34,260 nucleotides of DNA from a virus (lineage: Duplodnaviria > Caudoviricetes). Positions 17,092 through 27,037 of this stretch are shown piece by piece; position 1 is the stretch's first letter, and each line of letters opens with the position of its first letter. The translations under genes and the position numbers were made by a program. Where the stretch lies: IMG/VR virus record IMGVR_UViG_3300025099_004028, positions 1-34,260 of that record, one strand, 5' to 3'. The notes beneath the pieces were generated by a model that made no database searches, was not told the DNA's origin, and was given only the letters and a program-made list of their open reading frames with translations.

Positions 17092-18619
17092 TTACGAATT
17101 AGAAAAACAGCTTTTAGCTGGCCTACTAAAAGACCCGCCTTCCCTCATTGAGATTTCTAATTTCATTAGCCATAAGGATTTTTATTCTGAAACCTCTTTT
17201 TTGCATGCGACTATTTTCAGGGTAATTAAGCAGTCTGTTGATGCGGGGGAAGAGCTAGATAATATCATCTTAGCTCAAAGGGTTAATGAAGTTGGACTGA
17301 GCTTTGAAGGAAGTGTCAATGCTGCTGATTACATTAAGTCTCTGGCTATGAGATCTGTCCCTTCAGGTAATTTGATTAAAACAGCAAAGGAGCTTAAGAA
17401 GTTCTCCATCAGAAGAGAGATCGTAGAGTCTTCAGAGCTAATCTCCAAGAAGATGAAGGGGATGGCTCCAGAGTCCACTTATAGAGAGATTGTCGAAACA
17501 GCCGATCAGATTTACAACTCCAAGATTAACCTGTTTGATATTGGAAGCGATGTTCCCGAAAATATCTATGAAGATATGGAGCATATGATCGAGGAGAGAG
17601 GTAACAATCCAATCGAAGAGTTTGGAATGATGGGGCCGCACGATAAAGTGAATAACATATATGGTTCACTTTTGCGACCCGGGAACATCACCGTCATCGT
17701 TGCTCGTTCTGGAGTTGGTAAGACTCAGTTCTGTATGGATTATGCGACTAAGGTTGCACTAAAATACGATGTTCCAGTTTTACATTTTGATAATGGCGAA
17801 ATGAGCAAAGAGGAACTAATCATGCGCCAGTGTGCAGCTCACTCTGGAGTTCCAATGCATCTTCTTGAAAGTGGTAAGTGGAGACAAGCTGGGCAGGATG
17901 TGGTCAATAAAGTTAGATCTGTATGGCCAAAAATAAGTAAATTAAAATTTTATTACTATAATGTGGGTGGAATGGATGTTGATGTAATGATTAACACTCT
18001 TAAAAGATTCTACTATTCCACTGTTGGAAGGGGAAACAAAATGGTTTTCTCTTTCGATTACATTAAAACAACTAATGACTCTACAGGCAACAAGAATGAG
18101 TGGCAGGTTGTTGGTGAGATGGTAGACAAGTTTAAAAGATGCATTCAGAAGGAAGTTCTTGAAAACGGAGACCCAGTTATCCCAATGATCACTTCTGTTC
18201 AGTCAAACAGGAGCGGTATCACAACGAACAGAAACTCTCAAAACATTATTGATGACGAGAGTATCGTATCACTCTCTGATCGAATCACACAGTTTTGTTC
18301 TCACATGTTCATCATCAGGCGCAAGACAGAGGATGAGATACAGTTGGAGGGTCAGCGATTTGGCACTCATAAGATGATCAGTGTCAAGTACAGAAGTCTG
18401 GGTAGAGACATAGCTGGGGCTATTGAACCAGTCCAAGTTGAAGACTCTCTAAGAAAGAACTTTATCAATTTAGACTTTAATAATTTTAATATTACGGAGT
18501 GTGGCGACTTGAGAGATATTGTCGCTGTACAAAATGGAGATCCACAATTAGATGACAGTATACCAGATGCACCAGCAAGACAAAACAGAGAAGACATCCC
18601 AGAGCTTGGTTCCCTCTGA
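17081..18619 (+). CDS. dnaB: Replicative DNA helicase (DnaB-like)
   Basis: N-terminal ELEKQLLAGLL...DFY...H..IF, Walker A ARSGVGKT, EMSKEEL, DYIK, SVQSNR. ATG 17081 preferred over GTG 17063. Confidence 0.9.
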   Translation: MIYSYELEKQLLAGLLKDPPSLIEISNFISHKDFYSETSFLHATIFRVIKQSVDAGEELDNIILAQRVNEVGLSFEGSVNAADYIKSLAMRSVPSGNLIKTAKELKKFSIRREIVESSELISKKMKGMAPESTYREIVETADQIYNSKINLFDIGSDVPENIYEDMEHMIEERGNNPIEEFGMMGPHDKVNNIYGSLLRPGNITVIVARSGVGKTQFCMDYATKVALKYDVPVLHFDNGEMSKEELIMRQCAAHSGVPMHLLESGKWRQAGQDVVNKVRSVWPKISKLKFYYYNVGGMDVDVMINTLKRFYYSTVGRGNKMVFSFDYIKTTNDSTGNKNEWQVVGEMVDKFKRCIQKEVLENGDPVIPMITSVQSNRSGITTNRNSQNIIDDESIVSLSDRITQFCSHMFIIRRKTEDEIQLEGQRFGTHKMISVKYRSLGRDIAGAIEPVQVEDSLRKNFINLDFNNFNITECGDLRDIVAVQNGDPQLDDSIPDAPARQNREDIPELGSL

Positions 18620-19637
18620 AGAGTTTGAGAGGGTTTTAAGTTCAATAGGTTACAAACTTATTGATTGCGGTGATCATTGGAGATCACAAGCATTATACCG
18701 CGATGGAGACAATGCTACCGCTTTAAAAATTTATAAAAATACTGGAGTCTGGATGGACTTTGTAGAGCCTAAAGGGTCTTTACCTTTTGAAGCTTTAGTT
18801 CGGATGACTGTGGGTGATGACCAGAAGATTTCTGAAACTTTAAAAAAAATTAAAAGTGATAAACTTTATACTACCCCAAAAGTAGACAGAATAGAAATGG
18901 AACAAATTTATCCAGAGGACTGCTTAGATAAGCTTTTCCCAAATTACAAATTCTACAAAGACCGTGGGATCTCAGAGGAAACTCAAATAGCTTTTAAAAT
19001 AGGCTTAGCTGGAGTAGGCAAAATGTACCGCAGGATGGTCTTCCCCATCTACAACCAAGACAACCATATTATTGGTTTCTCTGGTCGAAAGATAGACGAG
19101 GGTAACGATTACCCCAAATGGAAGCATATCGGCAAAAAGAATACTTGGGTTTACCCCGCATGTATTCAAGAGAATGAGTGTGGTGCGGAAATTGACCGTT
19201 TGAGTCAAGTCATCTTGGTTGAAAGCATAGGCGATGCAATGGCTCTATATGACCAAGGCGTTAAAAATGCCTTAGTATTGTTTGGGCTTTCGGCTAGTCC
19301 TAACATTATTAATTATTTGTCTAGCAAAGTCTTAGATGGCATTTACATTTCAACTAATAATGATTCTAAATCCTCACAGAATAGAGGGTTGATAGCCGCG
19401 ATCAAGAATTATCTGAAGCTAGCAAAGTATTTTGATTTAGACCGTCTCACCATCAAACTCCCTCAAAATGGAAATGATTTTGGAGAAATGTATCAAAGTG
19501 GCTATAATATTGACAACTGGCTCAATAGGGATATAGATCGACAAGAGCAAAAAGATTATATTAGTAATTTTGTCTCTAAGAACCCAACCTTATTCACTAA
19601 GGCGGAAAGTAAAATGGCAAAAAAAATAAATGAGTGA
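18552..19637 (+). CDS. dnaG: DnaG-like TOPRIM primase (start uncertain: 18552, 18567 or TTG 18606)
   Basis: RGIS, RRMVFPI, IIGFSGR, PKWKH, TOPRIM LVESIGDAMAL, GNDFGEM; follows the helicase. Confidence 0.82.
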   Translation: MTVYQMHQQDKTEKTSQSLVPSEEFERVLSSIGYKLIDCGDHWRSQALYRDGDNATALKIYKNTGVWMDFVEPKGSLPFEALVRMTVGDDQKISETLKKIKSDKLYTTPKVDRIEMEQIYPEDCLDKLFPNYKFYKDRGISEETQIAFKIGLAGVGKMYRRMVFPIYNQDNHIIGFSGRKIDEGNDYPKWKHIGKKNTWVYPACIQENECGAEIDRLSQVILVESIGDAMALYDQGVKNALVLFGLSASPNIINYLSSKVLDGIYISTNNDSKSSQNRGLIAAIKNYLKLAKYFDLDRLTIKLPQNGNDFGEMYQSGYNIDNWLNRDIDRQEQKDYISNFVSKNPTLFTKAESKMAKKINE

Positions 19638-20655
19638 TCCTAAAATACCTTTATCTGCGAGTAGAATTAAAACCGCCCAAGGATGCTCTTGGTTGTATTG
19701 GTGCAAGTATAAGCTGAAGCTTCCTGATACCAGCAATGATGGAGCAAAAAGAGGTTCTATCTGTCACTTAATATTTGAACTTCTGGGAGAAAAAAAGCGG
19801 AAGGTTCATTATAACAAAATCATGGAGGCTCAAGATGTTTTCGCTGTGCCTTCTATTGAGCGTTTGATAATGAAGCATGCTCGTCGCGAAGAAGTTGATG
19901 ATGAGGATAATATTCAACTGATCAAAGAGATGACCTTTAATGGTCTCAACTACGACTTCTTTGGTGGTGATTTAGACAAGCCTACAAAAGAGCTTTCTGA
20001 GCAGGATTTTGATATCGTAAAGAATGATGGTCAGATAGCTTACAGGGTCAGAGGTTTTATTGACAAACTCTTTTTGTATAAAAAGCAAAAGTTTGCTTTG
20101 ATTAGAGACTTCAAGACCAGTAAAGATGTTTTCAAAGGTGACGATCTTGAAGATAATATGCAGGATTTAATGTATAGCTTAGCTACAAAGCATATGTATC
20201 CAGAGTATGAAAATAAGCAGAGCGAATTTTTATTCTTAAAATTTGAGTTAGATCCAGACGCAAAAAAAAGTGGAGTGATAAGAATGGCCCCTCTGAGCGA
20301 TGAGGATCTTTTCGGGTTTGAACTACAGTTGACCGAGATTCAAAAGTATTTGGACAACTTCTCTGAAGATGATGCCTTATCTAACATGGCTTTAGACAAA
20401 GGTTTCCCCTCAGATAAATCGTTTAGCGGGAGACTCCTCTGTGGTTTTGCAACTCAAAAAGGAGAACTCAAAAAGGACGGGACAAAAAAGTGGCATTGCG
20501 CCATGAAGTTTGATTTCTTTTATTACGTTTTTAAAAATGCAAATGGCCAAATTGTAGGCTCCTGTTTTGAGGAGGAGTTCTCTGAGGATGCTGTTCCAGA
20601 TGGATGCACCCACGAAATTCAATATTATAAGGGTTGCCCGTCTCATTGTTCTTGA
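19630..20655 (+). CDS. PD-(D/E)XK (RecB/AddB/Cas4-like) exonuclease
   Basis: LSASRI...CSWLYW, RGSICH, RGFIDKL, IRDFKTSK, QxxxY (QDLMY), and several C-terminal Cys. Confidence 0.8.
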   Translation: MSDPKIPLSASRIKTAQGCSWLYWCKYKLKLPDTSNDGAKRGSICHLIFELLGEKKRKVHYNKIMEAQDVFAVPSIERLIMKHARREEVDDEDNIQLIKEMTFNGLNYDFFGGDLDKPTKELSEQDFDIVKNDGQIAYRVRGFIDKLFLYKKQKFALIRDFKTSKDVFKGDDLEDNMQDLMYSLATKHMYPEYENKQSEFLFLKFELDPDAKKSGVIRMAPLSDEDLFGFELQLTEIQKYLDNFSEDDALSNMALDKGFPSDKSFSGRLLCGFATQKGELKKDGTKKWHCAMKFDFFYYVFKNANGQIVGSCFEEEFSEDAVPDGCTHEIQYYKGCPSHCS

Positions 20656-20679
20656 TCTTTGTCCAGAGTTGTGTAGAAT
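20652..20679 (+). promoter_or_regulatory. Possible promoter for the DnaE operon
   Basis: TTGATC (20652-20657), 16 nt spacer, TAGAAT (20674-20679); overlaps a GTGTAG variant of the GTGTAA motif; ATG at 20689. Confidence 0.4.
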
Positions 20680-20688
20680 GGGGGAGTA

Positions 20689-21432
20689 ATGACCCCAGTA
20701 TTTAAATCTACATACTCGTACGGCAAAAGCATCTTGACTCTTAAAGACGAGTCAGAAGAGTCTGGTTCAGACTCTCTAATTGAAATGTGTCTTGATAATG
20801 GCATTAAGGATGTTATTCTGGTGGAGGATAACCTCACAAGCTTCATGAAGGCGTTTAAAGTCTGTTTAGATAACGATTTGAATCTGTATTACGGCTTGAG
20901 GCTCACTTTCTGCAATGACATGAAGGAGGATTCCAAAAGCTCTAATCATAAAAATATTATCTTCGCAAAGAATGATGAAGGATGTAAGCTGCTAAACAAA
21001 ATTTACTCTTGCGCTTTTACAGAGGGAGATGGCCGTATAGATTACGCCGCATTCAAAGGGTATTGGGATAGCTCAGCCCTATCCTTTGTGGTCCCCTTCT
21101 ACGACAGTTACCTTTACGAGAATAATTTTCACCAAAAAAACTGCATCCCTAATCTAGAAGGATTAAACCCTGTCTTCTGGAGTGAAGATAACTCTCTCCC
21201 TTTCGACCACCTACTGAATATTAAGCTTGAAGAAGCTGTAAAAAGAAAGCAATATAAGGTTGTCAAGACGAAGACTATACTTTACAAAGAGAAGAAGGAT
21301 GTCGAAGCTCTCCAAACATACAAGATTCTTTCGAATAGATCTTTTGGTAAACAATCAACCCTTAGCAGCCCAAACTTAAGCCATTTCGGAAGCGAAGAGT
21401 TTTGTCTGGAAAGTTACCTTGAACAGTCATGA
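20689..21432 (+). CDS. Stand-alone PHP domain of DNA polymerase III alpha (degenerate)
   Basis: FKSTYSYGKSIL aligns with DnaE HLHxHSxYSLLD; LYYGLRL, IIFAKNDEGCKLLNKIYS, GRID. The metal-binding His residues are missing. Confidence 0.75.
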   Translation: MTPVFKSTYSYGKSILTLKDESEESGSDSLIEMCLDNGIKDVILVEDNLTSFMKAFKVCLDNDLNLYYGLRLTFCNDMKEDSKSSNHKNIIFAKNDEGCKLLNKIYSCAFTEGDGRIDYAAFKGYWDSSALSFVVPFYDSYLYENNFHQKNCIPNLEGLNPVFWSEDNSLPFDHLLNIKLEEAVKRKQYKVVKTKTILYKEKKDVEALQTYKILSNRSFGKQSTLSSPNLSHFGSEEFCLESYLEQS

Positions 21433-22061
21433 ATGATCAATTATTAAGATTTGATAAGAAGCAAAAGTATCTAGTGTTAGATACAGAAACTGAAGGCTTG
21501 AATTTGATCAAGTCAAAACCATACCAAGTGTCTTGGATCATAGCTCAAGGAGATACAATCTTAGAGAAGAATAATAGATATATTTGGTGGGAAGACTTAA
21601 ATATGTCTGAAGATGCAGCTAGAATCACAAGGTTTGATAAAGACTTTTACAAATCAAAAGCTGAAGATCCAAAAGTTGTTTGGGGCGATTTCTCCAAAGA
21701 GCTTTATAATCCAGAATATAAAATCGTCGGTCAGAACCTCTTAGGGTTTGATGTGTACATGATTAATGTCTGGAGGAAGCTGATGGGTTTGGGGTCTGAT
21801 CATTCTTATGTGAACAGAATTATAGATACTCTTAGTTTAGCTAGAGCTATAGCAAAAGAGGATAAGCCTGATTTTGACAACTTCATATGTTGGCAGTATG
21901 GTTGGAACAGCTTTTTCCAACGGGGTTTACGAACAGGGCAAGCAGCACTACTTAAAAAGTACAACATTCCTCATGATAAGAATAGATTGCACGATGCTCT
22001 CTACGATATCGAGATGAACTTCAAGATTTTTAGAAAGCAGTTATTTAATATAGAGCTATGA
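21429..22061 (+). CDS. DEDDh 3'-5' exonuclease (DnaQ/epsilon-like)
   Basis: ExoI VLDTETEG, ExoII GQNLLGFDV, IIDTL, ExoIII HDALYD. Confidence 0.9.
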   Translation: MNDQLLRFDKKQKYLVLDTETEGLNLIKSKPYQVSWIIAQGDTILEKNNRYIWWEDLNMSEDAARITRFDKDFYKSKAEDPKVVWGDFSKELYNPEYKIVGQNLLGFDVYMINVWRKLMGLGSDHSYVNRIIDTLSLARAIAKEDKPDFDNFICWQYGWNSFFQRGLRTGQAALLKKYNIPHDKNRLHDALYDIEMNFKIFRKQLFNIEL

Positions 22062-24598
22062 GATACAAAAATCCATTTCCAGCTGGAGTAAAGTTGCCAG
22101 AGATCGTAGTCCCAAAAGAAATTCTAGATGAATTGGGATTAAAAGAGGGTAGCCCAAACAAAGAGATTCTATACGAGCTTTCTAGAAAAGGTTTGAGAGA
22201 GAAGGGTGTTACTAAACTCCCAAATAATAAAGAGTACTATGATCGGACGATTATGGAACTTGAGATCTTTGAGGAGTTAGGATTTATTGATTATATCCTT
22301 CTCAACTGGGATGTACTTTACTATTGTAAAAAACAAGATATCCCGACAGGCGCTGGTCGAGGATCTGCGGCAGGTTCATTAGTCCTGTATCTTTTAGGTG
22401 TAACAAACATTGACCCGATTGAATATGACTTATTTTTTGAAAGATTCGTATCTAGAAGTAGAGCAAAACAAATTGAGCATGGTGGTGAAATTTTTCTTGA
22501 CGGCTCTCTTCTTGCTGACGTTGACAACGATATTTCTTATAATCGTAGGAGTGAAGTCGTTGAGTACATTGAGAAGAAGTATAAGGGTCGGACATCTAAA
22601 ATCTTAACCTTGAATACACTTAGTGGTAAGCTGTGCATTAAGGAATGTGGTAAGATTGTATCTGAACTCAAAGAGATAGATGTAAATCAAATTAGCGATA
22701 GCATCCCCAAGCAGTTTGGAAAGGTGGCTAAATTAAAGGTTGCTTATGAAGAGAGTGAGTCATTCAAGAAACATGCAGACAATAATCCTAAAGCATTTAA
22801 GATAGCTAGAAAGTTAGAAGGCTTAGTAAAAAATACTGGAGTACACCCTTCGGGGATTTCTATTTGCTACTATCAACAGTCAGACATCATGCCCTTGCAA
22901 AAGACTAATGACGGATCTTTAGTTTCGGGTTACGACATGGATGATGTTGCGAGCTTGAGTGTCAAGTTTGATATTCTGGGTCTGAGGACTTTATCAGTTG
23001 TCAATGATGTTTGCGAGAGATTGGGTCTGAATGTGAATGATATTGATCCTCATGACCCTTTGATTTATACAGCTTTATCTGACCTGCAAAACCCTCAAGG
23101 CTTGTTTCAGATCGAAGCGGATACAAACTTCAAAGTCTGTCAAAAGATTGCGCCAAGAAATCTTGAGCAGCTTTCCGCTGTCGTAGCTATTGCTAGACCC
23201 GGAGCGCTAGACTTCAAAGACCGCTATGCTGAATACGCCAAGACTGGAGAATCCCAATCAGTACATGAGTTCTTTGATTCTGTTCTAGACTACACAGGGG
23301 GTATCCCTCTTTATCAGGAGCAATTAATGAAGATGGCTGTGAAGGTTGGGTTCAGCTTAGACGATTCAGAACAGCTTCGTCGCATTGTTGGCAAGAAGAA
23401 GATTGATCAAATGCCAGCTTGGAAGGCTAAGATTAGCGAGAAGGTTAGCCAGCTTGAGAATTCAGATCCTGTTATAGCTGATGTTCTGTGGAAGGTAGCC
23501 GAAGACTCAGCAAACTACTCCTTCAATAAATCCCACTCAATTAGTTATGCGTATTTGGCAGCTATTACAGTTTATTTAAAATTTAAATATCCACAAGAAT
23601 TCTTTTTAAGCCTTTTGAGATTCGCCAAGTTTGAGCCAAACAGTCATGAAGAAATAGCAAAGATATCTCAGGAGTTGGCTAATTTTGATATTACGCTCCT
23701 CCCACCAGATCTCAACAAGTCAGATATTGACTTCAAGATTGAGGGTAAGGATATCAGATATGGTCTAAATTCAATCAAGGGCGTTTCTGAGAAGGTTTTG
23801 ATTAACCTTCTAGATTTTAGAGAGGGTTCTTTTGCAAACAAGTATGAGGTGTTTGTGGTGGCAAAGCAGGTTGGTCTTAATATTGGTGTATTATCTAGTC
23901 TAATTCAAGCTGGTCTTTTAGAATCTTTTGTTGATGGCAATCGTTCTGACTTAGTGTTGGAGGCTCAAGTTTTCAACGCTTTAACAGATAGAGAGAAAAG
24001 GAATTTTATAGCGTTGGGTGAGAAATATAATTACAATATAATAGACTCAATTAATGATGTTATAACTCATGAAATGGTCGCAGATGACAACAAAAAGATT
24101 TTCAGAGATACCAGAATCAACACCTTAAAGAAAAAGTGGGAGCCTTACAAGGAGATTTGCAGACTCAATAAACACTCTATTAAGTATGCGAACTGGTATT
24201 TTGAAACCAAGCTTTTGGGCTACAGTTACTCTTATAGCATCAGGGATATATTTAAGCACCCTGAAGATTACCAATGCTCCGAATCCGTGAAGATGGCGGG
24301 TGAGAGATCTGAAGTAAGATGTGTTGGTGTATTAGCTGACATAACCAAGAGAACAAGCAGGAACGGCAATAAATATGCTAGGCTGGAACTGCACGATGAA
24401 AAAGGTGTGATTAATGCGTTATTTATGGATAGTAATAGAGAATCACGCTTGACAGATTACCTTGATGCTGGTAATAAATTGCCTAAGAAAGACGATGTGG
24501 TCATACTCACAGGAAGTAAGGGTGACGACATAATATTTGCTAATACAATAAATACTTTAAAAGATAAGATTTATATGAAGCTTTCTCAGGTAAAATAA
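22058..24598 (+). CDS. dnaE: DNA polymerase III alpha subunit catalytic core (no PHP domain)
   Basis: GRGSAAGSLV, LFFERF, ADVDND, GVHPSG, KFDILGL, LFQIE, YQEQLM, YSFNKSHS, LLPPDLNKS, GLNSIKGV, and a C-terminal OB-fold. Confidence 0.95.
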   Translation: MRYKNPFPAGVKLPEIVVPKEILDELGLKEGSPNKEILYELSRKGLREKGVTKLPNNKEYYDRTIMELEIFEELGFIDYILLNWDVLYYCKKQDIPTGAGRGSAAGSLVLYLLGVTNIDPIEYDLFFERFVSRSRAKQIEHGGEIFLDGSLLADVDNDISYNRRSEVVEYIEKKYKGRTSKILTLNTLSGKLCIKECGKIVSELKEIDVNQISDSIPKQFGKVAKLKVAYEESESFKKHADNNPKAFKIARKLEGLVKNTGVHPSGISICYYQQSDIMPLQKTNDGSLVSGYDMDDVASLSVKFDILGLRTLSVVNDVCERLGLNVNDIDPHDPLIYTALSDLQNPQGLFQIEADTNFKVCQKIAPRNLEQLSAVVAIARPGALDFKDRYAEYAKTGESQSVHEFFDSVLDYTGGIPLYQEQLMKMAVKVGFSLDDSEQLRRIVGKKKIDQMPAWKAKISEKVSQLENSDPVIADVLWKVAEDSANYSFNKSHSISYAYLAAITVYLKFKYPQEFFLSLLRFAKFEPNSHEEIAKISQELANFDITLLPPDLNKSDIDFKIEGKDIRYGLNSIKGVSEKVLINLLDFREGSFANKYEVFVVAKQVGLNIGVLSSLIQAGLLESFVDGNRSDLVLEAQVFNALTDREKRNFIALGEKYNYNIIDSINDVITHEMVADDNKKIFRDTRINTLKKKWEPYKEICRLNKHSIKYANWYFETKLLGYSYSYSIRDIFKHPEDYQCSESVKMAGERSEVRCVGVLADITKRTSRNGNKYARLELHDEKGVINALFMDSNRESRLTDYLDAGNKLPKKDDVVILTGSKGDDIIFANTINTLKDKIYMKLSQVK

Positions 24599-24604
24599 GC
24601 GTAA
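24592..24604 (+). promoter_or_regulatory. Candidate phage-specific promoter motif AAAATAAGCGTAA
   Basis: Near-copy of 1191-1203; ends 6 nt before ATG 24611. Confidence 0.35.
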
Positions 24605-24610
24605 CTATAT

Positions 24611-27028
24611 ATGATGTCTCTAACCGATTATAATCTGACTCCAAAAGCAAAAAAAGCTATAAAGGATGCTAAACTTTTCGCCAAATCAAATAACCATGCT
24701 CTAATTAGGATACCCCACTTATTTTACGGGTGCTTATGCAACCTTTCTGATAGGGTGCGACTTTTGCTTGAAAGCAGAGGTATTGAATACTCATCTAAAC
24801 AATATGTAAAAGATTTCAAAGGTTTCTGTACTGAAAACGACAGCTACTTTTCAAGATCTAAAAACGAAAATGCTTGGCATTCTGAACTCAACGATGTCAT
24901 ATCTGACGCTAAGTCATTCGCTGACGATAATGAAGACTTTTTTATTGGGGTAGATCATATACTTTACTGTATTTTGTCATCTCAGTTCTGTAAGGTTATA
25001 CAATCAGATTCTTGCGATATATTAAGCATGTCTGAAGTTCTCCTTGAATTGATCATAGACGCTAATTTAGCAATCCCTAAATCGGAAGTTTTTTCTCTTG
25101 AATCTAAGCCTTCAGAAAAGTTTTTAGACTTACTTAAGACATCTATGGAGGGCGAGCCTTCTGGATTTTTAGATGAGTACTGCGTGAATCTTAATGATCG
25201 AGCTATGGAGGAAAATCAAGTCCCTATAACCTCAAGGGATGAGGAGATAGATAGTTTGATTGAGATTTTGTCAAAAAAGAATAAAAGTAATGCTGTATTA
25301 CTGGGAGATTCTGGCGTTGGTAAAACGGCAATTGCTGAAGGATTAGCTCAAAAAATAGTTAGGGATGAAGTTCCAGCCCATATCAGCTTGTGTACCGTAT
25401 ACAGCGTTGATATGGCATCTATGGTAGCTGGTACTCAATACAGAGGTCAGTTTGAGGAGAGATTCAAAGGTCTACTCAAAGATGTTGAAATGCACCCTGA
25501 AGCTATTCTGTTTATTGATGAGATTCATACCTTAATGGGTGCTGGTAACTCCAGCGAGAACGGTATAGACGCTTCAAACATGCTTAAACCCGCGCTTGCT
25601 AGAGGAGAAGTTAAATGTATAGGAGCTACAACCTTCAAAGAGTACGAAAAGTCTTTTGGCAAAGATCCCGCCCTCAAAAGAAGGTTTGATAAGGTTGAGG
25701 TAAAAGAGCCGACAAAAGATCAGACAGAGCTTATGATCAACAATAGCATCTCATACTATGAAAATTTTCATAAAGTTAAATACTCAAAAAGAAATATCCG
25801 AGACATCTTAGATCTAAGCGAAATATATCTATCAAATAAAAAGTTTCCTGAAAAAGCTTTCGATGTCATCGATCAAGTCGGAGCAAAAGCAAAAATCGAG
25901 CAGGACTATCCCGCTGAAGACTTAGCTAATATTAGAGAAAGATTCTCTGAAAAAGGCAAAGATTTATATAAAGAGGAAGAATCGGGGCAATTAATTAAAG
26001 AATATATTAAAGATTTAGTATCTTATATAGACAAAGAAGACAAAAAAAGAAAAGTTTCAAGGAATCATATTCTTGAGGTCTTCGAAAAAAAGACGGGCAT
26101 ACCTAAAAAAATAATTGGAGAAAGTAACAAATCTTTTTCTAATTTTAACAAGAAGATGCGGTCTGAAGTTTTTGGTCAGGACGAAGCTTTAGACAGAATT
26201 TATAATATCCTCGCTTCTGTAAAGGTGGGTCTAAACGATCCAAACAAACCCTTGGCTAACTTCTTATTTGTTGGCCCAACCAGTGTTGGTAAGACGTTTA
26301 CGGCCAAGAACATTTCTAAACACTTTTTTGGCAACAAGAATTCATTCCTTCAAATCAACATGAGTGAATACCAAGACAAGACTGGCATCTCTAAATTGCT
26401 TGGAGCAAATGCTGGTTATGTTGGTCATGAAGATGGGGGAATCCTAAGTGAATTTGTTATAGATAATCCAAACTCTGTTATTTTGTTTGATGAGATTGAG
26501 AAGTGTGATCCCAAAATTCTAGATCTGCTCCTGCATCTACTCGACGAAGGCTACATTTCAGACAGCTTCAATAGGCGCATTGACTTCTCAAAATGCATTA
26601 TTGTGATGACAACAAACATTGGCCACAAAGAAGCTACAAAAAACACAATGGGCTTTATGTCCGAAAATAATGAGCAGGATTCTTATAAAGAAAGTTTGAG
26701 TAAATATCTACGACCAGAGCTAATAGCTAGAATACAAAATACCCTAATCTTCAATACACTAAATGATGAGATTATGGCGAATATTGTGGGTGTAGAAATA
26801 AAAAAGATTAAAAATCGTTTATCTGACAAAGGCATCAATCTTTCCGTTCCAAAAACAATCCAGAAGTTTCTAGTTAAGGAGGTTAAAGCTAAAAAACTAA
26901 ATGCTAGGAACATAAAAGCCTTAGTTGTTAAGTTAATTCAGTTCCCACTAGCCTCATTTATTATGGATGGGGAGAAAAATAAAAAATTATCACTAAAAGT
27001 TGTTGACAAAACTATCAAAGTCTACTAA
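24611..27028 (+). CDS. ClpA/ClpC-like Hsp100 AAA+ ATPase
   Basis: Clp N-domain; NBD1 GDSGVGKT/LFIDEIH with pore loop GTQYRG; NBD2 GPTSVGKT/LFDEIEK with GYVG; MGF ClpP-docking-type loop. Confidence 0.92.
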   Translation: MMSLTDYNLTPKAKKAIKDAKLFAKSNNHALIRIPHLFYGCLCNLSDRVRLLLESRGIEYSSKQYVKDFKGFCTENDSYFSRSKNENAWHSELNDVISDAKSFADDNEDFFIGVDHILYCILSSQFCKVIQSDSCDILSMSEVLLELIIDANLAIPKSEVFSLESKPSEKFLDLLKTSMEGEPSGFLDEYCVNLNDRAMEENQVPITSRDEEIDSLIEILSKKNKSNAVLLGDSGVGKTAIAEGLAQKIVRDEVPAHISLCTVYSVDMASMVAGTQYRGQFEERFKGLLKDVEMHPEAILFIDEIHTLMGAGNSSENGIDASNMLKPALARGEVKCIGATTFKEYEKSFGKDPALKRRFDKVEVKEPTKDQTELMINNSISYYENFHKVKYSKRNIRDILDLSEIYLSNKKFPEKAFDVIDQVGAKAKIEQDYPAEDLANIRERFSEKGKDLYKEEESGQLIKEYIKDLVSYIDKEDKKRKVSRNHILEVFEKKTGIPKKIIGESNKSFSNFNKKMRSEVFGQDEALDRIYNILASVKVGLNDPNKPLANFLFVGPTSVGKTFTAKNISKHFFGNKNSFLQINMSEYQDKTGISKLLGANAGYVGHEDGGILSEFVIDNPNSVILFDEIEKCDPKILDLLLHLLDEGYISDSFNRRIDFSKCIIVMTTNIGHKEATKNTMGFMSENNEQDSYKESLSKYLRPELIARIQNTLIFNTLNDEIMANIVGVEIKKIKNRLSDKGINLSVPKTIQKFLVKEVKAKKLNARNIKALVVKLIQFPLASFIMDGEKNKKLSLKVVDKTIKVY

Positions 27029-27031
27029 TAT
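27003..27031 (+). promoter_or_regulatory. Strong sigma70-like promoter (leaderless-type)
   Basis: TTGACA (27003-27008), 17 nt spacer, TAATAT (27026-27031); ATG 6 nt later at 27038. Confidence 0.7.
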
Positions 27032-27037
27032 ACAAAC

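Noticed and set aside
19630-20655. Cas4-like gene as part of a CRISPR-Cas system
   Set aside because: No cas1/cas2 or array nearby; solo PD-(D/E)XK nucleases are common in phage replication modules.
15324-24598. Inteins or introns in recA, dnaB or dnaE, including a split intein joining the DnaE parts
   Set aside because: Protein lengths are compact, and no intein N-terminal (C/S) block, HN-C/S/T terminus or LAGLIDADG motif is visible.
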